Positions 49,951-62,267 are shown, counted from the stretch's first letter. The stretch: 64,000 bases of DNA from Sphyrna mokarran (GCA_024679065.1 JAGIQG010000022.1:30070001-30134000), one strand, 5' to 3'. Notes: generated by a model not told the origin, from the letters alone. Numbers and translations: made by a program.

Positions 49951-51119
49951 GAAGCTGAAGCCACCTTTATTGTGTGTTTTAACCCATTGGTTGCCACTGT
50001 ATTTGCTGACCGTTCTGCAAACACATTAGGGTAGAATCTGGATAGATACATGAATAGAGAGACATGGACTGCGTAGAGGCAAGAAAATATTAGATTAGAG
50101 AGGCATCTGTGTCAGCACAGACTAGATGGGCCGAAGGGCCAGTTCTTGTGCTGTCCTGTTCTTTGTTCTAAGAGGTGAAATAGGAAAGAAGCTGTTGATG
50201 AATCTTTGCAAATCAATAGCCTTCTGCGTAAAAGGAATCCTGTGGTGAAAGAATGTGGGGTGGAATTTAATGCCCTCCCTCTAGGAGAGCTTGATGGTGG
50301 GGGCATGTAATCAGATAGCCTGTGTTATAGATGGAGAGTGGTCTGGAACCCCATCTCCCAGTTCCTGATCATTGAGAAGGCCCACTATTGCCTCTTTAGA
50401 AGTTAAGGAGGTCTTCCCAAAAAGTAACAACGTTGGCTCTTGGTAGCTCTCCAGATGGTGGACAGGAACTCCTCCACCCCCACATTATTTCCATTAAACA
50501 CTGTCTACGAAATATAACATTTTTACATCAACTCTAGTTTACAGAATCATACAACAAAAATCATTGAATCCTGACAGTGGAAAAGAAGCCATTCAGGCCA
50601 TTGAGTCAATAACAATCCCAGCCATGCCCTATCACTGTAGTTGAAGTCTTTAGATTTGTGTAAAGCTAGATTTTTTTTTTGAGTTTAGGAAAATCTGACT
50701 CAATCAACTTCTATCTCCTTGACTTCAACTCTTGAGCAAGTGAACACCCATTCCATAACCCTCAGGGTAATCTTGAACCTTACTTCAGCCTAGGATCCAG
50801 GAATGTTATAGCTGTAAGTTCATTTGTGGCTTTGGATCAAAAGCTGGTTTTTCCTTACCTGAAGACAAAAGTGAGATTGTGAACCATGACCAATTGTGTT
50901 TTGATGGTTTTGGAAGATGTGTAAGCCTTCACCGAACTGACCTGGAACCAACCAGTCTAAAATATTGTGCAATTACCCAGAGGGCTCCAACCTGAACTTA
51001 TTGATTGAGATTTTGATTATTCTGCACCAAAAATAAATTGTAACATTATTTAATATGGCATGTGAGTTTTCCGGTTTCCCAACATTTGAATCTCAAAATT
51101 GCAAATTGTGTATTGTTCC

Positions 51120-51310
51120 TTATCCAAAGATGTGCGGATTAGGTGCGTTAGCCATGCTAAATTGACCCTCAGTGTTTCAGGATGTGTAGGTTAGGGGGAT
51201 TAACGGGGTAAATATATGTCGTTGCAGGGATAGGGCTGAAGTGGGATTGTTGTTGTGCAGACTCAATGGGCCAAATGGTTGCCTTCTGCATTGTAGGGTT
51301 TTTATGATCC
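51120..51310 (+). mobile_element. HE1-type V-SINE 3' half
   Basis: tccaaagatgtgcggattagg...gccatgctaaattg...gcagactcaatgggccaaatgg. Confidence 0.85.
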
Positions 51311-51404
51311 CATAAACTTCCAAGAGTGCACCCGAGCTCAATTTGCAATTTCTGCTGTCCAACTGATCTTCTTTACGATCTGAACGTTACGATCTTCATG
51401 CAAT

Positions 51405-51690
51405 TGAGTGGGCATAGGTTCAGGATGAGGGGCAAGAGGTTTAGGGGGGATGTGAGGAAACACTACTTTTACTCAGAGGTCTGGAATGCACTGCGTGGGA
51501 GGGTGGTAGGGGTGGGTTGCCTCATGTTGTTTAAGAAGTACCTGGATGAGCCCTGGGCATGACATAACATTCAAGGCAATGGGCCGAGTGCTGGCAGATG
51601 GGATCAGATAGGAGTTCGGGTGTTTCTAATGTGTTGGTACGGACTTGATGGGGTGAAGGGCCTCTCCTACACTATATGATTCTATGAATC
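51405..51690 (+). mobile_element. CR1 (HER1-like) LINE 3' end
   Basis: GHRFRMRGKRFRGDVRKHYF...VWNAL...FKKYLDE, with tail gacttgatggggtgaagggcct...atgattctatga. Confidence 0.88.
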
Positions 51691-52599
51691 TTGCTTCTTG
51701 CAAAATGGCCGCTGCACTTAATTGCCCAGACAATAACAGTTACTGCACCTGAGAGTGCTTCACTGTACACTGTGTTTTGAGGATGATGTATCAATGGTGA
51801 TTATTTCCCTGATTTATACTTCAATTTTTATTTTCAGGTTAAGCAATTTATTTAAACCTAACAGGAAAATCTGCTTTATATTGGGATTACAATATATATA
51901 AAAAAAATCAAGAGATTCACAAATGACCATCAGATGTTATCAGGAAGACATTTCAGAACAATGTAATGTTTTTATCGTCATCAAAAAATTGTGTGATTCG
52001 TTGATGTTAGCAGGATAGCTTGTTTTGTGATATCCAGCCTGTTAAGATTCGCTGCTAAGTTGTCTCAGAAGTGGGACTTTGATACGAAACACAGTTTTGC
52101 GAGAAAACTTTGGGCTGGGATTTCTTGGAGCAATAATTTTGTTTTGGCTTTCTCTGGATTCGGCCTGCCAGCCGCCATCTTCAATGAGTTACTTTTTGCA
52201 AGTGCCGAGAATCTGGTGACCTGACTGTTTGTCAGCAAAGGTTTCTTTCTTCCAAGCCTGTGATCCCTGTTGACGTTGCTCCTTTTTAAGAGCCTCGTGG
52301 AAGCGAAAATAATGAAATAATTGCAATAGATTTCAGCGACTGCTTCTTGGAGGCATTTCTCCGAATCTCATCACAGAACACATGCTGGACTCCATCAGAT
52401 TTCCTGTCTGTCAGCTGCACAGACCTGTCGACTAAAACATGAAATCAGTTGAGTGTAGCACGAAACTGTTTATACCTTTGATAGATTCCAAACCAAAAAG
52501 ACAACTGATAGATATCTTCCATACACCCAGTGTTTACAGGTTGAGCAGTTCAATTTCCACCACTAATTGTGTTCCCACTACTTCAGTTTCTTTCTGTTA

Positions 52600-53252
52600 T
52601 TGCTTCTCCTTTCTTGAAGAAGCTGGTATAATGCTTGATTGGCACCACAGCCACCATCTGAAAAAGGCACTCCCTCTGCCACCCTATAATTAAGAAAGTC
52701 CACCAATGCCTCTAATTTCTCAGGAAGGTAGCCAAAATTTGGCATGTCCACTACGACTCTCACCAACATTTACAGATGTGCCAAAGAAAACATCTTTTCT
52801 GGTTGTATCACAGCTTGGTATGGCTCTTGCTCTGTCCAAAATTGCGAGAAATTACAGAAGGTCGCGAACGAAGTCCACTCCATCGTGCAAACCACCCTCC
52901 CATCCATTGACTCTGTCTATACTTCTTGCTGCCTCGGCAAAGCAGCCAGCATAATTAAAGACCCCACGCACTCTGGACATAGCCCCTTCCACCTTTTTCC
53001 ATCAGGAAAATGATGCAAAAATCTGAGGTCATGTACTAACTGCCTCATGAACATGTTCTTCTCAGCTGCCTTCAGACTTTTGAAAGGACCGACCTTGCAT
53101 TAAGTTGATGTTTCTCTAGCTATGACAGGAGCATGACATTCTGCGCCCTCTCCTTTCCTTCTCGCTGAACGGTATGCTTAACCTGTATAGCAAGAAACAG
53201 TACTTTTCACTGTATCCCAATACATGTGACAACAATAAATTAAATCAAATCA
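52600..53252 (+). mobile_element. Rex1/Babar LINE 3' end
   Basis: FLRKVAKFGMSTTTLTNIYRCAKENIFSGCITAWYGSC...KAASIIKDPTHSGHSPFHLFPSGK is the typical Rex-Babar C-terminus; tail cactgtatcccaatacatgtgacaacaataaattaaatcaaatc. Confidence 0.9.
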
Positions 53253-53329
53253 AAAAACACGTGTGTGCAGAGTGGCGGCAGCGTGTGCTGTCTGCAAGTA
53301 GCATGGCAGCAGCTCGCTAAAGTCATTCA

Positions 53330-53600
53330 TCAGCATCTCCCAATTCCATAATCTCCAGCACCGTGTTGGAAAAAGGCAGCTGGTCTTTGTGAATGTCATC
53401 ACCGTCAAGCCTCACACCATCCTGATTTAGAACTATATCATCATTCGCTCACGGGCGCAGGGTCAAAATCCATACCCCTAGCGACACACCACTGTATGAA
53501 CCTGTAGTGCTTGAGGAAGGTAGCTCACCATCATCATCTCCAGGCCAATGAATGTTGGCCTTGCCAGCAATGCCCGTATCCTGAGAATGAAGTTTTTTTT
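53330..53600 (+). mobile_element. CR1/L2-group LINE 3' end (decayed)
   Basis: gggtcaaaatcc...gaaggtagctcaccatcatcatctc...aatgttggccttgccagcaatgccc. Confidence 0.65.
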
Positions 53601-53639
53601 AAAAAGCCATCCAAATAATGTTTCGAGAAACTGAACTGA

Positions 53640-54178
53640 ATGGTCTGGCAGCATCAGTGAGGAGGGAAGCAGAGACAATGTTTCAGGCCTGTGATCTTCC
53701 ATTTAAAAATAAAAATGCTGGAAAAACATCAGGTCTGACAGCATCCATGAAGAGAGAAAGTAAGAGTCCATATCATTCTTTTTCAGAGCTAAAGAGAGGG
53801 AGAAATGTGATGGATTGTATTGTGTATTAGTGAGGGGGCAGAGGTGGAGCTGCTGGGTAGAAGAGTAGAAGATCAATGATAGGTGGGAGCTTGGAGAGAT
53901 TGGGCAATGGATGTGTAGATATCAAGACAGAGACAACTGTTAGCATCTTTTCTTGCCATTAATGTTTCTTCTGTCTTGTGACTTGCATATCTTAGCTCCA
54001 TCCTGCTCTTATACTCCATCGCATCCCCTTTTTTTCATTAGCTCTGAGGAAGAGCCACATAGACCCAAAATGTTAACTCTGTTTCTCTCTCCACAATTGC
54101 TGCCAATTCTGCTGAGTTTTTCCAGCATTTTTTTTGTTTTTGTTTCAGATTCCAGCGTCCACAGTATTTTTACCTTTC
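53640..54178. mobile_element. Compound Penelope family B pLTR pieces in inverted orientation
   Basis: Minus-strand pieces at 53640-53705 and 53705-53940, plus-strand piece at 53960-54178 with decayed hammerhead ctgaggaagagccacatagacccaaaatgtt at about 54044-54074. Confidence 0.75.
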
Positions 54179-54442
54179 ATTTGAAGTTCATTTACTGCCA
54201 ATTAACCACACCATTCCAGAGCTTGAGAAAGACATTTATAGAATAGATTCAAAAATCTGTTTTGACCAAAACAGTGTCCTTGGGAGATTTGCTATTTTGT
54301 TTTTGGGGAGGGTTTTAACTAGATTGGCTGGGGATGGGTACCTTCGGGCAGATTCACAAAGGACAAATTGAGAGCAGGGAGTGGGAGAAAATCAGTGAGT
54401 GTCTCTGAAAGACAGAAGCAGCATGGGTTGAAAAGGAGATTC

Positions 54443-54543
54443 TTTGAGAAGGTGGGGCCTTCGTGAATAACCTCTGTCAGTACGAGAATTGAACTAGTGC
54501 TGTGGGCATCACTAACCAGACGTCCAGCCAACTAAGCTGACCC
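54443..54543 (-). mobile_element. 5' fragment of the short tRNA-derived SINE (18920 family)
   Basis: ttgagaaggtggggcc...gagaattgaact...catcactaaccagacgtccagccaactaagct. Confidence 0.65.
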
Positions 54544-54559
54544 TCTGCTAAATATGTAA

Positions 54560-56450
54560 GTGCAAGTACAGTAAACAAGGCCATGGAGAACACATGACAT
54601 CATCATTGTACTGGATGCTTGCTTTAAAGAGCAGTAAAATTGGCAGCTCAACATCCCCTGGATGTAGGCTGTTCCGACATGACAGGGAGAGGGCTGAAAA
54701 GGTGGAGGTGTAATATTGCTAGTTAAAGAATAAACCACAGCTGCGAGGAAGGATGATGTATAAAAAGAATTATCAAATGAGACCAAATTGGTTTAACTCA
54801 GAAATTTAAAAAAGGGGCAGCAACGCTATTCGGAGTGTATTATAGATCTCCAAATTGAGAGGGGGAGGAGCAAATAAATGTAGGCAAAATTCTGAGTGCA
54901 AAATGATAAGCCAGTAAATGTTAGAGACTCCAGCTATTCTAATATCAATAGGGATAGCAATAATGTGAAGGGCACAATATTCTTGAACTGCATTCAAGAG
55001 ATTTTTTTTGTGGCCAGCACGTAACAAGCCCAATGAGAGGGAACGCAATTCTAGATTTATGCCGAAAACTTCCATCCTTGTTCATGGCTGGGACTCTCCT
55101 GTGCCACTGAAAGAGATTGGAGTTATGACTCGAACACCAATTCTCTGTTCCAATTTGAGCGAGCACGGATGGAATGGGAAAATCCCAGCCCTCAGATTTG
55201 GAAAACGAAGCTGGCTAAGTGAATGAAGTAGCAGTAGCGGATTTTCTTGGAGATATTGACCATAATACTATTAGATTTAGCATGATTATAGAAATGCAAT
55301 GGGAGTAAAAGTTTTAAATTGGACAGAAACACGTTTTATGAAGCTGAGAAGTGATCTGGCACAAATGGATTAGTTACAGCTACATCAAGAGAAATCTATG
55401 GCAGACCAATGATAGACAGTCAAAAGTGAGATTCTTGGGGAGCTATATAGACATGTATCCACAAAGAAAAAGGGTGTTGCTGTTCTTGGCTCCTTGGTTA
55501 TCTAGAAGCATACAGGCAAGATAAAGCCACAAAATAATGCTTATGACAGTGACAAAAATGTTAGAAAGCCTTGGAGTATAGAAAACACAGGGCTGAAGGA
55601 AAGTAGGAAAGAGAGGATATGAAAAAATATTGGCAGGTAAAGTCAAAGAAAACCCTAAGGTATTTCACTGGTACATTAAGTGCAAGAGGATAACTAAGGA
55701 AAGGATAGAGCTGATCAAGAATGTGCAAGATATGCGTTGGTGAAGAAGATGTGGGCAGAGTTCTTAAGGAGTACCTCATGTCTGAGGGATGATGTAGCCA
55801 TTCCGAGGAGGAGTGTGAAATATTCGGCACAATAAGCATGATGAGACAGGAAGTAACTGGAGAAACTGATATTGAAGGTGGATATATCACTCGGACCATA
55901 TGGGGTATACCCAGACTGTTAAAGGAAGCCAGGGAGGAAATAGCAGATGCTCTGAGGATCATTTTCCAATCTCCGCTCAGTACTAGGTATAAGTGAGATA
56001 TCAGAGGGTTGGAGGTCTACAACCAATGTACCATCATTAAAAAAATGCACAATGGATAGGCCAAATAATTATAGATCAGTCTGTCTGACTTCAGTGGTGG
56101 GCATGTTATTAGAATCAATTCTGAGAGACAGGGTAAACTGTCACTAAGAAAGGAATGATTTATTAGGGACAGTCATGATGGTTTTGTTAAAGGGAAAGTC
56201 ATGCCATTACTAACTTAATTACATTCTTTTGAGGCATTAATAAGGAGGATTGATGATGGATGTTGTCTCCATGGATGCTAGTAAGGCATTTGACAAGATC
56301 ACACAGAACAGACTGATCAGAGAAGTAAAAGCCCATGGGATACAAGTGAAGATGGCGAATTGGATCCATAATTGTCTCAATGAGAGGAAAGAGAGGCTCA
56401 TGATCAATGGATGTTTTGATGAATGGAAAGTGGATTTCAGTGGTATTCAA
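54560..56450 (+). mobile_element. Decayed CR1 LINE ORF2 (endonuclease to RT N-terminus)
   Basis: GVYYRSP-like endonuclease motif near 54832, NYRSVCLTSVVG near 56067, and DVVSMDASKAFDKI...WIHNCLNERKERLMING. Confidence 0.88.
55085..55191. mobile_element. PIF/Harbinger-like MITE nested in CR1
   Basis: TIRs tggctgggactctcc / ggaaaatcccagccc, flanked on both sides by TCA (55082-84 and 55192-94). Confidence 0.6.
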
Positions 56451-56499
56451 TGTTATATTGCTACACCAGTCAATTGTGCATGTAATTGAACACTGCTCA

Positions 56500-57100
56500 C
56501 AACAGCTTAAATATTCCTTTACCTTTAACCTTCAAAAGTCATCGTAACTTCCTGGTAAACTGTCATGGGTTCAGTAATTAGTGCGTGAGCTTTAGTTTGA
56601 GTTTGGGTATCGCGTTCTGTGTCTCAGCCTTTCATGTGCAGACAGGCAAACAGGTGAGGGAGGTGGGGGTAGATGTGCGTCGAGGGGGGTTCTATTTTGT
56701 CCTCTTTCATACATTTTGATTGACAGATTAATTTCTGCTGGGCTGTGTATTTCAGGAGTCAAAAAGAAACGAGGGTGCTGTCAGGTTTGCTTGTTGGAAA
56801 ATTAGATTAAATGCCGTTGTCATTTGCAAAGGATTGCGGTGTTCAAGCGATAAGGTTACATTTAATGAGAGGAAAGAGCCTTCTCGCAAGGGGATGATGA
56901 TTTTCTTGTGTCAGGCTGGTGCTTTATCACAGAACCTGATACTGCTGCACCCTGGCAGCCGCTGATAATGGATGATCAAGAACACTACCACTTCAATCGC
57001 CACACTGCTCTAAGTGACACCTTATCGGTCGTTTGAACTGCAGGGACAGGGAAATAATTAGCAGCCAACATGTGTCTTGCAAGTGGTGGTGTAGCATCCA
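56500..57100. promoter_or_regulatory. Candidate conserved non-coding element(s)
   Basis: TE-free, rich in TAATTA, TGATTGACAG (Pbx/Meis-like, about 56717), GATAA and GTAAAC motifs. Confidence 0.35.
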
Positions 57101-58193
57101 GCCACCTCGCTCTTCCCCTGCTCTTGCCCTCCTGCCAGGGCAGCTTGCTCTTTGGCTTATGGAACACTCTCGTTCCCAGGATGGACTTTCCCCACACGAA
57201 TGGAATGGCATAATGGAGTGACGGACCTGGTACAGCCCCTTAAATGTCGGGATGAAGGGAAAAAAGGGGCTTGAGTTGCAATAATAATTCTTGTGTCAAA
57301 TTAAAGCTTGGCAGCTGGAAGTTCCTGTCTTTCATCTTTAACATTCCTCTTCAACATGTCCATTACTGAAAAAAAGTGTTTTATGCTGAGGAGCTGAGAA
57401 AGAGGAATCTCAAATTTATCATTTATTTTGAGCGTTTTAATTTTATGTTCTCACACCATTTGCAACCCTGAAAGCTACTTGTAGTTGAGAATTTAATAAT
57501 TTGTTTCTTAATTGTTTTATTTTTGATGCTGAGTCCTGTCATGAAGAGGTGCAATTGTTGATGCTGTGACCCGGTGCCATTGGATAAGGTTAAAGGTTGA
57601 AGTTGGATGCAGGTCAGAGGGAGTGGAGTGGCGGGGAGGTGGGGGAAGGAGAGAGCGAGTGGAAGACAAAAGCTGTATTCTGTAGAGACATGCCTTGAGC
57701 TCACTTTATGCCTTTAATGAATATGTGCGGACGACTACAACACAAAACTAGCTTTCATTTTGGAGGAATTTTTTTTTTTATTCCTTTGTAACAATGTAAG
57801 GAAGTGGTTGTGCCTGTAACAAGTAAGGTAGAAAATGGTGGAACTTGCATTTCTGGGTAGAGCTGGATGATGAGGTGCTTCAAGTCCAGAATGTTCCAAC
57901 ATTGTCAAGCTATCTAGTCAAACAAAAATGGTGTTAGTAGAAGTACAAGGTATAGCAGCTTGTCAGGGAGCCTATAACAAAATTACATTAATCGTACTCT
58001 ATGCTTAAATATTGGTTTTCAATCTGTAGTCTAGAAATGTACAAGATTATCTTAAGGCATAATCTTCAAATGCTGTTTAGAAAAATACTCTGGCTCTATC
58101 TTGTGGAGGGTTAAAGTAACTACATAGAGAAATGCTTGCACTAATTTTTTTCTTTCCTAATCAAAACATAACTTTTTTTATGCTCTCCTCTAG

Positions 58194-58242
58194 GTTTCGG
58201 ATGCCACTTCAGAGAAACTTTTCAATACTACCACGAGTAAAG
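58194..58242 (+). other. Candidate 49-nt internal exon of the host gene (5' UTR or coding)
   Basis: Branch-point-like ctaat at 58157, long pyrimidine tract ending ctctcctctag|G, donor AAG|gtaggc. Two frames are open (VSDATSEKLFNTTTSK and FRMPLQRNFSILPRVK). Confidence 0.6.
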
Positions 58243-59914
58243 GTAGGCTTCTCCCCATCCCCTCACCATCTTCTCATTGCTGTCTCCTGAACGAGGCTAC
58301 TGACTTGAAGCCGTATGCGAAGTGGCACTTTTATACTGCTAATTGTGGAGATTTCAGTATTCCTTTTTGTCATTGGGGGTGGTTGGGGGGGGAGGGGGAG
58401 CGGTGTTGGGGGTTGGGAGTGCTAGTATTGGTTGCAGCTAGTAATATAAAAGAGGGCAACCATTGAATCAACATTCCTACTTCACTGCTGGTAACTAGGG
58501 TGAAGGGCTCTCAAGTTGTAGAAGCAAAGGATGATTGATGAACAAAAGGCTTTTCCTCTTGCCCTTGCTTTCTTTCTGGATTTGAATGTATTTCCCACAT
58601 TCTCATCTTTGTTTACTCATACAGTTTGATTTGTGGCATCCATTTAGTTGTGAATGGCCATGCTTGACAGAGATTCTTTATCCAACTGCAGTTTTTTTTG
58701 AGGTGATTTAGTTCCCGTGAAAGGATTACGGTTTCTTTGTGTGGCCTTAAATCAACAGCAGCTTTTTTATATAAGGAAAAAAACATTGCCAGGAAACACA
58801 CACAAATAGGCCTTTAGTGTATTTTCCTCTGCCCTTATTTCCATGAAAATAACCTTTTTTCTTCTCCCTCGAGTGTTTTCCTCATGCCATGTGTTAATTT
58901 GTGTTGCCAGCATGAGTGACAAGAGATAAGTGTAAATGCAGGTGTTGGGAGGATGGACTCTTGGAACTTTGACTGGGGAAGCAGAGATCGATTGGGGCGG
59001 GACGACGGTGGGGGGTGCGGTGCGGGGAGCAGAGATCAATGGAAGTATGGCAACTATTTTGTTCTGGGGAACTTGTCTTCACTCTCTGAGCACTGGAAAA
59101 AAAAGCTGTGCTCGGGAGGATTCTGTTGTGAAGATATAATCTCAATGCTTGTATCGAGACAGGTGCATGAGGCTCAATATTTCAGGTCATTTTCTCAGAC
59201 ATGTAGCATTTAAACTTCATTTCTTGTGAATATTGTTAGGAATTTTTTGTTGCATTGGCTACTGTTAGTTTTAAGGTCCTTTTACCTAATTATGATGACA
59301 TTCCCTGAAATCTGAGAGTCTGTACAATATATTACAAGAAGTACTCATTTTAAAACGGTTGAGTGAAAAAAGACTTAATTTCATGCGGTTGACCTGGATT
59401 CCAATTTTGGATATGTAGATCTAATTATATATCTGTTCCTTTAATTGCTGCTTTACAGTGCTCCCCATTTTTTTTAATAATTACCTACTTTCTCTTTAGT
59501 TTTACTGTAATATTGAAAATATTATCAGGTTGGTGACTCAGAGATCCATTTTTTTTATAAATTGGCCCGTGGGTACGTCTTACTGTTCAGAGTGATGTTT
59601 CGTGAATAATTTTTTGTGCTTGCTTCACACTGTTACAGCATTAGCTTAATGGGAACTGGGATCTCAGCTCAAGTTCTATGTGGCCCATGCTTGATAACAA
59701 TTTAAACTGAAATTGTATGGGGTAGGAAAGCTTTTTTTTAATATCTTGTATGGTGCGGAGCTAATTGAGCACAACAGGCGTAGTGTCATGTTACAATTAC
59801 CTTAAGTGTTTGCAGTCAGGGCTAATGTAATGCCCCAGAGTTCCAAGTTGTGATTAGCCAGCCGGTGACCCATGCGGGAAGAATGTGTGTGGGCAGCCAT
59901 TGAATAAAAAGAGC

Positions 59915-60510
59915 AGCCTGCAATTATCTAACACCTTTCACGATGTCCCAGAGTGTTTTATAGTTAATGAAGGACTTTTGAAATCTAGTCACCATCGTAA
60001 TGTAGAAAACCCACCAGCCAATTCACACGATGGAAGATTCTACAAATCTGTTGTCCATCCATTGAGGTGAAGGCCACCATGTTCAGCATCTAGGGTGTCT
60101 GCTCGGGTTCTGATGGATACGACAGTGACTGCAAAGGCTGCACCCAGAAGGTTCTGCTGAAAATGGGACAGGAAAACTAAAGATACATGCATGCCTTGAG
60201 GCGAAACGTCTTTGCCCCCAGTCAGTTTGGGGAATTAATCCACAACCTGGGCAAACATATAGTAGGCTGATAATGACCTGATTATCTGCATTAATGGTAT
60301 TGGCTGAGGGATCAATATTAGCCAGGGATCCACTCTGAAAGAAGGCCGTGGGAGGGCAAACAGGGCCTTGACTTGAGACATCATTCTGAAAGCTACCCGA
60401 TTGGGCAGCATTTCTTCAACATTTCTGCTTTGGTTTTGTGGTCAAGTCTCTGGAGTGAACCCACAACCTTCCTGCTCAAGAGGCAAGAGTAATACCACTG
60501 CTGGCTGACA
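59915..60510 (-). mobile_element. Deu-domain SINE with an insert at about 60050-60265
   Basis: Tail cacctttcacgatgtcccagagtg...ttttgaaatctagtcacc, core ataatgacctgattatctg, head caagtctctggagtgaacccacaaccttc...gaggcaagagtaataccactg. Confidence 0.65.
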
Positions 60511-61848
60511 CTGGATTGGATTTTACTAGGGTGCTCCCTACTCTCAGTAACCTTGCAACACACTCTGTCCAGGCTCATGCATAAATGATTGTCAGTTAGA
60601 CAGGTTAGACAATGTCCATGGATTGTGTGCCTGCCTTTCAGTACAGACCAACCAAGAGTTTTAACCTTTCAAACTGCCAAGATCTATCATCCCCGTCGGA
60701 GTAACCAGACACCAGGCTTGCAGAAGGTGAAATAATTGCTGAAAGATGTAACTTCAGTTCTGGGTTTCGCAGCCCATATGTCTCATTTGGAATTGGTTTT
60801 ACAAAGTGGAGCTATTAATCACTAAATATGTGTGTTGTGAAATGGGACTGGAGAGAGATGAGCACACTTTGTAGAAAGAACAACAAGGAACTGCAGAGCT
60901 GGCAACAGCTGTAACCAAGATAACATCTTGAAAGAATGTACAGTGAAATATCACATAGAATTAATGTACCATGTTGGAATCTAGAATGATTATAAGCATC
61001 AACACAGTGCATTTAAGTGTATCTGTAGATCAGTGCTTGGCACCTGTTTGTAGCTACTTAAGCGAACATTCACTTGTTTGTGAAGGTTTTATTCACAATG
61101 ATTTCCTGACTCATGAACTTCAAATCTTCGACTGCCTCCCAAAATGCTTATACTGTATATGCACAGTACACCATTATCTAAATGGTTCTACTCAACTCAC
61201 TGTACACATGTGCAGCCACAAGTCTCTGCACTCACAGCTGCCTCTGTGCCTCTCTACTTGGGCGGAATCTTCTGTTCCCAGAGGCAGCAAGTTTGGGACA
61301 GGAGGCTAGTGTTGTACCTATACCCCGCTGCCTTCCCATTTTCACCCGAAGTAAGTTATGACCTGGAAAGTCCAAGGTTAGCTGTCACGCCAAGATGTCA
61401 CAAAAGAGCCTTGAATGGCCAGTTAATCTAAGGGTCTGTTCTTGCCCTGCTGTGATTAATCCAACTGCAGGCAGGCCTCCTGATGTGCGACATGATTGAT
61501 AAAAGTATGCAGCTATCTGTCATCGGGAGGCTTCATGGTAGTAATGAAGAAATGGTTCCATGCTTAAAGCACTCAGTTCCTGACTGAAGGTGTGGGCATT
61601 ACCTGCTGAGAACCATCTTTGTTATGACCCCCTTGTCCCATCTACTCTTGACCTTCTCACCCTGAGAACTTCCCCTCACCTCTTACTTACTTCCCTTTCT
61701 CTGGGACCATAGGGAGTGAGGATGGTGACAGCAAACACAGCTTCCTCTACTGCTCTGATTTGCCCAGTTGCTTTTTGCAAACAGGGCTTTCATCTCCAAG
61801 GACTTGGTTCTGGAGGGAGGCCCACTGGTCTTCCAGATTAGCATAAGA

Positions 61849-62267
61849 TCATAGAATTCTACAGGCAGAAGAAGGCCATTCAGCCCATCGAGACTGCACT
61901 GACTACAATCCACTCAGATCCTATCCCCGTAACCCCATGTATTTACCCTAGCTAATCCCCCCAATACTAAGGGACAATTCAGCATGGCCGATCACCTAAC
62001 CCACACATCTTTGGACTGGGAGTAGAACGATGTGGAGATGCCACAACTCTTCACTCATTTGAAGAAGGAGTGACAGTCCAAAAGCTTGTGCCACAAAATA
62101 AACCTGTTGGACTTTAACCTGGTGTTGTTATTGTGGGAGGAAACCAGAGCATCCAGAGGAAACCCATGCAGACACAGGGAGAAGGTGCAAACTCCAATCA
62201 GACAGTGGCCCAAACCAGGAACTGAACACGGGTCCTTGGCGCTTTGATGCTAACCACTGTGCTGCCC
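61849..62267 (-). mobile_element. HE1-type V-SINE interrupted by a Penelope fragment
   Basis: The SINE runs to catctttggact (62017) and resumes at tgtgggaggaaacc (62132). Confidence 0.9.
62022..62130 (+). mobile_element. Penelope family A pLTR fragment with decayed hammerhead
   Basis: catttgaagaaggagtgacagtccaaaagcttgtg...aaataaacctgttggactttaacctggtgttg, homologous to 17055-17135. Confidence 0.8.

Noticed and set aside
15841-62267. tRNA genes at the A-box/B-box motifs, and the many similar ORFs such as MVAQWLA...
   Set aside because: They are SINE heads continuing into V-domain and LINE tails. No cloverleaf is evident, and the recurring peptides are translations of the same repeat.
15841-62267. 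Strand bias of HE1 copies as an indicator of gene orientation
   Set aside because: About 10 plus versus 7 minus copies is not a meaningful bias.
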